Of a stretch of DNA of 64,000 nucleotides, positions 17,470-33,076 are shown in pieces. Position numbers and translations under genes: made by a program. The stretch spans positions 57,846,001-57,910,000 of the forward strand of contig OZ024748.1 of NCBI GenBank assembly GCA_964016885.1, given 5' to 3'. This DNA comes from Eledone cirrhosa. Lineage: Eukaryota. How positions within the stretch are numbered: the stretch's first letter is position 1; each line of letters starts with the position of its first letter. The notes below the pieces were generated by a model, which was not told where the DNA came from, made no database searches, and worked only from the letters and a program-made list of their open reading frames with translations.

Positions 17470-18896
17470 TTCCTTTGTCAGTGTTGAACAAATGAGCAAC
17501 GATGGTTGCTAGACACTGTTTTAGGGATTCAAACTCACACATAGATATACATGCTCAGCTTTACATATATAGATAATATTTATGTTTAATCAAGAGCTAC
17601 GAAATTTAGATAAATTACATAATATTCATTCATTATCTATTCAACATAATCCAACTTTTTTTACTAACGGGATAAGAAATTATAAGATGGGCGTTGTCCG
17701 GAACGCCTCCCTTTATCATATTATAGATATATCTACAACATTTTGTTGTTAATCGTAATATTTGTTTCGAGATAATCTTTAATAAGGCTATAGAACGAAG
17801 AAGACGTTTCAATATTTTTATGTGTTCTACCGACCACCAAGAATTTGATACCTTTTAACATTTCAACGTTATTTAGGCATATCCAACATTGACACTATCA
17901 TCAATAGTAATTTTCTTTATATATAAGAATACCGAAAGGGCTATAATAATTGGTGATATGATTGAACATACTTCCACATACTTTTGGAAATTTATATACT
18001 GAACATCAGTTAGTATATAGGAAACATTATAGATGGTTGAGCAGATTGTATTCTGACATGTTATATATTCAGAATCTAAACAAACCTACCTGACTATATA
18101 AAGGCACTTCAAATTATTGACAGCATTAGCAGTTGGTCTTATGTGTAACAATTCACAATCTACATTTATATAAATATATAAAATATACCACATTTATAAA
18201 TGATTCCTAAATATGTCACGTTGCATCGCGTTACATAGAATAGCAACATGTTCGTTATATCTCATAACCTTTCTTCATTATGTTATACATGATCATTCTG
18301 ACATTCCTTCCGTTTGTACAAACATAGTTTCTTTCCTTTGAATTCATTTTACATCACGTTATGGTTCTGTCATACACAATCTTGATTATGAATCACGATG
18401 CAATACAAGATAGTAATTGAAAACTTGGCAGCCTGGACTGGTTGTGAAAGTTGTGTGACGTAAGTATATATTTCCGATGTTATAATCTCTATCCTGTCCC
18501 AAACCTCCACTGTTTTCATTATCGATATATATTCCACCCTTCTTGTGTCAGTTCTATATGTAGTTAGACAAAAGTGTGTTATGGTTCACTGCCAAACATT
18601 GTTGATATACCATGTTCTGAATTTAACTGTTTGGCTAGTCATAAAATGTCCTTAAATCTATGATCCACAACGCAATGCCTGCAATAAAATGTTCTTAGCT
18701 CACCATGTCACATGGCCTCAATCTTAGATTGTCTTTAACAGAATGAGAAATGAGTATAATATTTTACTAATTGTAGCACCCATTATGATATATTTTTATG
18801 CCAGCTCATTATTTATTCAATTCCTTGCAATTTCGTTTTATAAGATAATGAAGATGTGCTATATATTTACAGATGTTCAGTAATCAAATACATATA

Positions 18897-19070
18897 TAAA
18901 GGGTCAGTTGAAATGCTCGTAGGCTGGCCAAGATACTCTCGTGGAATGACAAAATGTGTATTTTCTTATGTATTACCCGAAAGGAAATAATGCAGTTATT
19001 AGGAGGAATATTCGAAATTAATGCATGCATGGTTTCACAGGTCTAGCATCAATCTTTCATAGTCACCCTA
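18897..19070. mobile_element. Possible decayed Tc1/mariner-type MITE
   Basis: Begins AAGGGTCAGTTGAAATGCTCGTAGGCTGGCCAAG and ends with the weakly complementary CTTTCATAGTCACCCTA. A similar decayed segment lies at about 52070-52230 (GGTTGAAAGGTTCATACACTGACCA...TTGGTCAGCCTA). Family assignment is from recall only. Confidence 0.3.
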
Positions 19071-19758
19071 TGATTGTATCAGCCTACCATCGTATATTAT
19101 ATTTTGTGAACAGGTCTTCCAAAACCACGTTCGTTTGTATGAGCATCTAGTATATGATGTGTTATTGGTGTGTTTCCATGGATTCAGAAGTAAAACAAAT
19201 TATACATTTATTAATGAATAATGTTACAAGAAAACATTTCAGTTTGACAATCGAATACATGAAATAGATGAATCACACGAATATAAAGTAATCATTGAAG
19301 GTGAAATTGCATTGTAACCATTTTGTAGTTGTTCAAGGAAAGGTGAACAGCACATGACGTTCAGTCAACTCTTTATTCGAAAACCAAACCTAATTCTAAA
19401 CGACAATAAAGGAAATGAAATAAAGGAGTAACCCAAATTATATAAACCTTTTTCTCTTAAAATGAAAGCAAATTATTCTCGGTTGCAATAAAGAATGTAT
19501 TCCAGATTAATTGGTTTAAACGCATAACTTTATAGTCAACTTTATTGCAAAAGCTTCTTAAGTCAATTACAACCAGATCTGTACACTTGTAGTTTTAGGC
19601 ATAACATAAAAAAAAACCGTGAGAAGGGTCAAGAACTGACCGACCTGACATCGTTGAGATGCTGTTTTAAATCGCCATGAGTTCATCTACCCCTTTTTTC
19701 CATTCACCAAGTTTATGTCACACAAGATATGAAATATTATTAGTATTATAATCTGAGC

Positions 19759-20134
19759 AGCCTTTATGATCTGAGTTCAAATCCCGCCGAGGTTAACTTT
19801 GCCTTTCATCCATACGGGGTCGGTAAAATAAAGTACCAGTAATGTACTGGATAATTGCTGGCCTTGTGCCAAAAGTAGAAACAATTATTATAATCTGAGT
19901 TCAAATCCCGCCGAGGTTAACTTTGCCTTCATCCTTACGGGTCGATAAAATAAAGTACCAGTAATACACTGGGTAATTGCTGGCCTTGTGCCTAACGTAG
20001 AAACAATTATTATAATCTGAATTCAAATCCCGCCGAGGTTAACTTTGCTTTTCATCCTTACGGGGTCGATAAAATAAAGTACCAGTAATACACTGGGTAA
20101 CGTGCTGGCCTTGTGCCAAAAATAGAAACAATTA
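19759..20134 (+). mobile_element. Three tandem 5'-truncated copies (~122-bp period) of the MetaSINE-type SINE
   Basis: B box (GAGTTCAAATCCC), central GCCTTTCATCC.TACGGGGTCGATAAAATAAAGTACCAG and tail GGCCTTGTGCC...AGAAACAATTA are repeated from about 19770, 19891 and 20013. Confidence 0.85.
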
Positions 20135-21525
20135 CTATAATTAGCTTGGTTAGGACACTACTTTTAAATTTTGCAATGTTTAATTCAACGAATATTTATC
20201 AACATTTTAATAGTTTATTTTTTCTTCTGTGTTTTGACAAGATTACTGACATACCTGTCAGGCTTCGTCGCTTTGTATATAATATACTCCGTAATATAAT
20301 TTTACCAGGGAAGGTTTAATAGCTATATGTAAAATACTAATTTCACAAATTCACTTCCTTGCTTTCAATATTCATAAACTATCATTCTAAAGCCGAATAC
20401 TACCAGAAATTTGTGAATAATATATCGTGGAATAATAGATGAGCAAGTAGATATTTCATGTCTGAATTGGAAGCCAGAAAAATATTGAAGGTGAATGACA
20501 ATTTGTGTTTTATATATATATATCACTTCTGCAGGACTAAAAATGTCCATAGGTATGTAGATAGACACACATGCCCACAACTACACACGTCCTACAGCAC
20601 ACGTAGACACACGCACATACACGTACGCACACTGACTCCATTAAGGCACACCCCTTGTTTTACACATTGGAAGAAATCTACAACAGCTTCAATATAATAG
20701 GAAATATTAGGATGTTAGAATTTCTTGAAGTTTAGAATAATAATATAACTATATTTTTAATCTCGATCTGTCAAATGGCTGTCAAATTACTGCAATACTA
20801 TTATGTCATTTAATAAAAAAAAATACTACCATTTGATTGACAACTTAATTCGATTTCACAGAAAAGCTTAGAAATTATTGATAACTTAATAAATTAAAAA
20901 TACACTACTTAGTACGGATGTACCGCTGAAATATACAGACAAATAAGATTTCTTCTATAAATCTGCTTTGTCAGGCAATTAGCAGATTAGAGCAAATTTT
21001 CGCTTTTATTTGGAATGTGAAAACACGTATATTTCTATCTCATAACTACGGCGTAGAATCAATTTATAAAAAAAACAACATGTTCCTTTAAATCGTCTAG
21101 AAACTTTGTTTTATCAATTTAATGTTGCTCATATTAAAAATATAATACGTAATATTAACTGTGAAGATAAAAGCATGTCCCTGCATTAGAGGAAGTTGCT
21201 TCATACCGAATATTATTTCCGCTCTGCTCCGCTGCGTAGCATCTGCGGTAAATATTGTTTACTGCAACGATGCATTCACCAATGCCCCTTGAGTTGTATT
21301 TGGTAGATAGACATTCAGAATCCATTTTTGTGTGTGTGTATATATATATATATAATAGTTGTGTGTGTGGGTGTGTGTGTGTGTGAGAGAGAGAATATGC
21401 ATGTCTATCTTTAAGTGTTTATGCCGGAGTTTATATCCGATAACCTTATTATGCGACAAAAGAGAGATCGAACCATATCTTCCACACCGCAAAAAGTGTT
21501 TAATGGAGTCAATGGGATAGAATAA

Positions 21526-21715
21526 ATAATTGTTTCTATATTTGGCACAAGGCCAGCAATTACACAGTGCATTACTTGTACTTTATTTTATCGACCCCAT
21601 AAGGATGAAAGGTAAAGTTAACTTCGTGGGATTTGAATTTAGGATGTCAAGGGCCATAACTCTATGCGTCGAAGCATAGTGTCAGACCCTCTACCGATAC
21701 TGCCAATCCACCTCC
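21526..21715 (-). mobile_element. tRNA-derived SINE (MetaSINE-type), full length
   Basis: Minus strand has A box TGGCAGTATCGG, a B-box-like ATTCAAATCCC, the Meta-like domain CCTTTCATCCTTATGGGGTCGATAAAAT and the 3' tail AGAAACAATTAT. Confidence 0.85.
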
Positions 21716-22260
21716 GCTTGCTGCCAATCCACTGTCAGTCCACCTACGAGGACTTACTCAAAGGACTGAATGCAGGACGAAATAAATATGAGAATAGAAG
21801 AAAACAGACAAACTATATTTGTAGAATTCTAAAAAGTTAGAGCTACTAAATACGAAGAGAATTAGATGTCATGCAATGGGTTTATCTAAGAGTGTATTGG
21901 ATAACATTGTCGCAAAGAAAAGATAATCCTTTCTAAACTGATTTCATTACTATATATTATTCAGAAAATATCTAGAACATGTTCAACTGTCCACTCAGTA
22001 ATTCGTTCAATCTGCAAGTAATACTAATCTGTATAATTTACTTACTTCTATAATAGCGAGATTCAATTTAGTAGACGTATCTCCTTAAGCCATATATTTT
22101 AAAGAAAGCGTGTTTCTATGTAAGTATTTCCTATTATCCTCCTTGAAAACTGGACAGACACTGTTGGATTGATAATGTATCCTATTTTCTGTAGTAGACT
22201 ACTTAAATTGTGCTTCTGAGAAATGATTTCACGAATTCTTATCTTCTAGAAAGAAATAAT

Positions 22261-22444
22261 TGTTTCTACTTTAGGCACAAGGCCAGCAATTCCCCAGTGC
22301 ATTAATGTTACTTCATTTGATCGACCCCGTAAGGTTGAAAGGCAAAGTCAACCTCTGCGGGATTTGAACTCAGATCGTAAAGGGACGTAACTATGGTGGA
22401 AAGCATGGCATCCGACCTTCTACCGATACTGCCAATCCACCGCC
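22261..22444 (-). mobile_element. tRNA-derived SINE (MetaSINE-type) with 18-bp target-site duplication
   Basis: Same family. The direct repeat CTTCTAGAAAGAAATAAT lies at 22243-22260 and 22445-22462. Confidence 0.9.
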
Positions 22445-22559
22445 CTTCTAGAAAGAAATAATGGAACTCATACACAATATCTCCCATACACTCAAACACT
22501 CGCAAAGACACGAACAGTTAGCCTCATAGACAACTATCAACCAACAAGCACACATACGC

Positions 22560-22608
<49 letters not shown>

Positions 22609-22615
<7 letters not shown>

Positions 22616-23308
22616 ACGTAAAATAAGAAAATAAAAAAAAAAATTAACTTACTTAAATTTTCACTCCAACTAATTAGTTTCTGCAATGGGATAGACGGTT
22701 ACGTAATCTAACTGTCGAGAATTCATTGCGTCATCAGGGAGTCTATTCTCAGCTAAGTCTCCAGGCAATACGCGGACACCGGGGACTCATATAAAAATAA
22801 TAATAATTCGGTAGATGGAACAGCTAGTGGGGTCTGAATTCCATGCACTGAAATCCTCGCTGCCTCTAGTCAAATGGCCGATTCTAAAGAATCAATCACG
22901 TGACACAGAGGCTAGTCAGTAGGAATGGGATGGTAAGATGACAGACGCCAACTAACACCCCCAAAAAAAATTTAGAAGTGGTTTTGGCAGGTTTGCTCGA
23001 CAAATCAGTGATTTGGAGATAAATATAGATGATTTAATATATCTACTAACATAAGCGCACAGATGTACGCTAATGCCAGCAAATACACAGGTTATGTCAT
23101 AGTACCTAGGTGGTTCAATGCAGAGGATGCAGAACAATAATATAAAGACGTAAAATAAGAAAATAAAAAAAAAAAATGTTATTAAAAATTTATATTATTG
23201 TTCTGCATCCTCCTGCATTGAACCACCTAGGTACTATGACATAACCTGTGTATTTGCTGGCATTAGCGTACATCTGTGCGCTTATGTTAGTAGATATATT
23301 AAATTATC

Positions 23309-23313
<5 letters not shown>
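22609..23313 (-). mobile_element. HHR-bearing element between TA tracts: ~532-bp monomer, partial second copy and 124-bp inverted arm
   Basis: TAAAGACGTAAAATAAGAAAATA(n) is a direct repeat at 22611 and 23143. Segment 23023-23146 is the near-perfect reverse complement of 23189-23313. An HHR lies at 22663-22742. Confidence 0.8.
22663..22742 (-). ncRNA. Type I hammerhead ribozyme with long helix II
   Basis: Minus strand: ACUCC-CUGAUGA-c GCAAUG...GACAGUUA gauuacg UAACCGUC...CAUUGC a-GAAAC-UAAUUA-GUU^-GGAGU. Helix I is ACUCC/GGAGU. Helix III is the 10-nt palindrome ACUAAUUAGU. Confidence 0.75.
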
Positions 23314-28310
<4,997 letters not shown>

Positions 28311-28496
28311 TCATAAAACATGTCTATAGAATCACAAGATAAAATATATACTATTTCCTCTCCCCAAATATAGACGTCGTTTTATTATATATAGCTCTTG
28401 ATTGTTTAATTTATTAATTTTTCATTGAGCCACAAAGTGACCGGTTGCAAAACACGTATATGTATGTGTATGTTTATATATATATATGTAAACTTT

Positions 28497-28530
<34 letters not shown>

Positions 28531-28760
28531 TAGGTATATATGTGTATTTATATGTATATATATATATAGGTATATATGTATTTATATATATGTATATATA
28601 TATATATAGGTATATATGTATTTATATATATGTATATATATATATATAGGTATATATGTGTATTTATATGTATATATATATATAGGTATATATGTATTTA
28701 TATATATATATATATATATATATGTGTATTTATATGTATATATATATATAGGTATATATG

Positions 28761-28809
<49 letters not shown>

Positions 28810-28818
28810 ATATATATA

Positions 28819-28936
28819 GGAACGAGTAGGACCCCGACGGCTGAGCTCAAAACCGTTTCGACGGCTAATTCTGGAGTCTATTGAGTACTTTGGTGCGTTA
28901 TGGTCCACCTGGTTCCTTACCACATTTTCCTTCGTT
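28819..28936. mobile_element. 118-bp mini-derivative of the 48.3-50.4 kb element (end A fused to inverted end B) in (TA)n
   Basis: 28819-28877 matches the segment starting at 48349 (GGAACGAGTAGGACCCC...CTGGAGT). 28879-28936 is the reverse complement of the segment starting at 48268 (AACGAAGGAAA...GTACTCAATA). Confidence 0.8.
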
Positions 28937-28992
28937 ATATATATAGCTACATGTATTCACACACACAAACACATACATATATACATATATAT

Positions 28993-29072
28993 AACGAAGG
29001 AAGTGTTGTAAGAAAACCCAGGTGGCCGATAACGCACCAGAGTACTCAGCTGCCGGTTCCTGACTCTGTTCC
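28993..29072. mobile_element. Diverged 80-bp mini-derivative of the same family, inverted relative to 28819-28936
   Basis: AACGAAGGAAGTGTTGTAAG...ATAACGCACCAGAGTACTC (end B) is joined to CTCAGCTGCCGGTTCCTGACTCTGTTCC-TATA (decayed reverse complement of end A). Confidence 0.65.
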
Positions 29073-30014
29073 TATATATATATATATGAGTGTTTCTCAT
29101 AAAGGAATTTCGATCTAAAGGAATATCAATATCATAAAGGAATATCGATAATTATTTCTTCAAAGTTACCTTTTTTAATTTAACTCCGTTTAAATGATGT
29201 ATCTAGTTAAATTCTAGGGTTTAGGATGAAACAAATCGGATAAAATTTGATAGTTGAGTATGACTATATTAGAAAGGGACGTGCCCTGAATCTTTCTAGT
29301 ATTTAAATATATTGTTTAAGGAACCAGCATCAATTATGCTTCATGAGTGGCCCAGTCGCTGGAAAGTTTGCTGCGGATGAAAAAAGAACAATGTGTCTTA
29401 CCCCCTCTTTCACTCCTTCTCACTGTCTAACAGGCTCTGGATGATGACAACGTTGGTGGGACCCGTAGACGGCTACGCTGCACTAGTGTTAAAGTTTTAA
29501 ATGCGGAGGTCAGAGAAACTGTCACGACAACATACCTAGTGTTCTATTAACAAGTTGGTTCCGTATCACATATCCATCTGAATTTAGGGAAAAATGTAAC
29601 ATATCTGTGATTTATTCAATCATAGTACAAACACTCATTTTCATAATTCACACTAACGTTTTGATAATCCACATGGCTACGTTAATTCAATGTCCTCAAT
29701 TCATGTTTGTTTTATTTGGCATTCACGCGACTATTATTACAGTTGTATATCTTAGAAAAATAAAACACAGCTTTAAAGCAAATAGAACATTTATTATGAA
29801 AAGAGCAGTGCTCCGTGTATTAGAACGAGTCCCCAATATACAATACTTTCTTTTATCTTTCCGACTGACCGTAGGAGATGTAACATAGAGCACCGTGCCA
29901 ATAGAGTTATTTATGCACTCCGATTAACTTAGAAAACTAAAATTAACTAAGAAAACTTAGAAACTATAGACACTCATATACACATACGTACTGATATAGG
30001 CATACATATATGCA

Positions 30015-30016
<2 letters not shown>

Positions 30017-30069
<53 letters not shown>
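30017..30069. repeat. (TC)n microsatellite
   Basis: Direct reading. Other (TC)n tracts lie at about 33008-33072 and 61022-61114. Confidence 0.95.
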
Positions 30070-30074
<5 letters not shown>

Positions 30075-30873
30075 GATGGGGATATATGCCTGCGTATATG
30101 TTAATATATTATGTATATACATACTAGCATCCAGAGCCGGGCTCCAAATCTTCCTCTTAGTTTCATCCAGGACTGAATCTCTGTGTATATGCATGGATGT
30201 GGATATATGTGTGTAGGTATGAGTGTGTGTATATTTGTTTATATGTATACATAGGGTGACTAACGGCGTGCAAAATACCATATCGAGAGCAATGTTTCGA
30301 AATCAAACGTGCGCAACATTGAGGAATCCTGCTGTAAATTATTGAAAGAACTTATATGCTTTCAAACACTGACGTGTGTTATAAACCTTGTAACATAGGC
30401 CAGTGTTTGTTTGTCGTACTTTTATTAATATAAACATATATATTCAGCTATATCAATACATAATCCAAATCACATGCATCCAAATGTGCAGAATATAATC
30501 GCTTTCTTTAATATATCTCACAATTATATTATGATTTACAACTGTGATATAGTCGAAAACAAACAAAAAAAGCAATATTCGTGTGATGCACGCATTCTGA
30601 ATGACTAATATACGCCATTATACTGCAAATAGTTTTGCATGAAATATATTTATCTCAACGTATTTTCCCATTCCCAAACAATATGGGAAATTACTCAGTA
30701 AGTATAACCATGAAGACTGATGTAAATAGCATCGTACAGCATTTGGCCTAGGGCAGTCTTTTCACATATCCGAATGGTATAAATAGTATCATTTCAGATA
30801 AGTTCATTCGAAACTCCATGTGCTTCATTACAGCATCGCATTACAAACATACCTTGAAATGATTTGAAGAGAG

Positions 30874-30916
<43 letters not shown>

Positions 30917-32860
30917 TGTGTGTGTATTTGTGCGTGTGTATTTATATATATGTGGTTGTGTCTTTGTATGTGTTTAATAATGTATAAATCGATGGCGTAT
31001 AGATTGAAGTTTCTAATGTGTTGGAAGAAGATAGATTGAAAAATGTTCTATTATACATGAACCTATACTTCTACATACAACCATAAAAACATAGCTACAT
31101 ACATATGTCTATCATTCTCTCAACCCCCACATATATATGCGTGTGCCACTGAAAAGTCTTTCAGAAGCAGTTTGTATATAATGACGGTAACGGAATACAT
31201 ACAATTAATTTAAGGCAGGAGGGGAAAAAGTATTAATGAAATATCGAATGTGAAAATAATGCTTTTTCATATATATATTTGTGCTTCATATCCAATATAT
31301 GGTGAAAATCAAGGTTAGCTATATTTTCATAACTGCCAGATTATTACAGGATGTATCGGGGTAATTTATTAATTTGAATGCATTAGATATTGGATCTGAG
31401 CAATGCAGTGAACATTCAATTAAGGATCATCATCCCTTAAATGAACAAACACATCAAAAATACATTTTCACCGGCTGGTGGTCCCTATTACAAATAGAAT
31501 GCAATATCTAGTGTAAATATCTTTCTGCTACATATACTGTTCTCCTATATAAATATGAAGACTGCTTAATATTTATGATTGTAAAAGTGTGCTTTTGAAA
31601 ACATAGCGGCAGAATATTTTGCTAAAATATTCGTTTTATAGCAAAATAATACCCTTTTTTCCGGATAAAATAAACATCAAATGGAAATCGTAAGATGAAT
31701 AATTTTGCGTCATGGTACTTGTTTAGAGGCAGAATCGTAGGTGGTCTGTGCAATGCCTGTTGGGAAAACGTAAGGTTTTAAATATCGAGTTGAAATGACG
31801 AAAGATTGGAAATAAATGATGAGTAAATTAAAAAAAAAATCAAATGGTGCATCAACAGAAATATATGACTGGAAACATTGTATTTCTCTTTAGGATTTCA
31901 AATTAATTAGCGCATTCTAGAACAACACCACATGTGCCAGTGATAAATGTTTTGTATTTCTCTCGTGCGTTTATATTTTTTATATTAGTGATACATCAAT
32001 AATATAAATCATTAAATAGGAAAGTATAAGAAAGTTTAATTTAAATCCGAATGATATTTTCAAGCATGATAATAAAATATTAATAAAATATAATAGACAG
32101 TTTAGGTCTGTCATTCAGTTCTACACTAACATTAAATGGCACTTAAACTCTGACTGAGCTGAAGGCCTGCCCTTCTGACATGATTTTACTTGGGCATTTA
32201 AAGCAGGAGCAGATCCTCCTACGCTTGGCCAGAGCACACCCAGTTGTGTCGACAGCAACAGAGATTATGACATAAAGGGAGATATTGTTTGAGCGAACCT
32301 AATTATTACACTTGAACTTTATTTATCGAAATAAGATAAAAGATAAGTTTTAACATGGTAAGAGCAGAATTTCTATCAGTGGGTTGCTATTCTTAGGGGA
32401 ATATAACCGACAGTTTGGTCGTTGTGTAATACTTTTTGTATGATTGTAGAATTACATCTTTTTTGGAGTGTTTATATTTATTGTAGGCAGGGAAAATGCA
32501 GAGATATACGATTACATTGAAAACATAATATATTGAAACTGTATTCTAGTATTCATTATGACACAGATTGTCCTTTCTTTTTCTATCTTTCTATTGTAAA
32601 TAAAATTCAGCAATGTTTTCCTATCGGAGGCTAATTGTCATCAATATGTATTTTACGAATAACATGATAGAAAAACGATACTTCGCCAACAGGCTACACG
32701 TAAAACTCTGAAATATTTTCGAATTGTCAAACGGAAAGAAACACGAACAACAAATAATGCAACCTATGTCTTTACCGATGTGATACAGAAATAAGTAACA
32801 TATTGAAATAAAACCAAAGTATTACCTTTAATATATATATATAATGCGTGTGTGTATGTA

Positions 32861-32999
32861 TCCAGGTTCAATCGGAGTAATCGCAGTAAGTAAGGTACTC
32901 AATACATAGTAGTATATAGGACTAGAACTGGTTCATTCGAAGCAAATCACCAGGGCTTTCCCGATGACTTCTTTCGAAAGAAACAGTTCTCTTCCTGTA
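32861..32999. mobile_element. Decayed mini-foldback with two outward-facing HHR relics
   Basis: Imperfect inverted repeat at 32915-32999. The right half reads CCGATGA-CTTC TTTC GAAA-GAAAC-A-GTT, and the left half on the minus strand reads CTGGTGA-TTTGCTTCGAAT-GAACC-A-GTT. The left tail has GTACTCAATAC..GTAGTA, as in end B at about 48316. Confidence 0.4.
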
Positions 33000-33004
33000 G
33001 AAGA

Positions 33005-33076
<72 letters not shown>

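Larger units (their letters stand above)
16968..17518. mobile_element. HHR-bearing foldback element with ~130-bp inverted arms and a ~75-bp extra left tail
   Basis: 17044-17173 is the near reverse complement of 17391-17518, and each arm contains an HHR. The left side continues as unique sequence to a TA run at about 16967. Confidence 0.75.
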
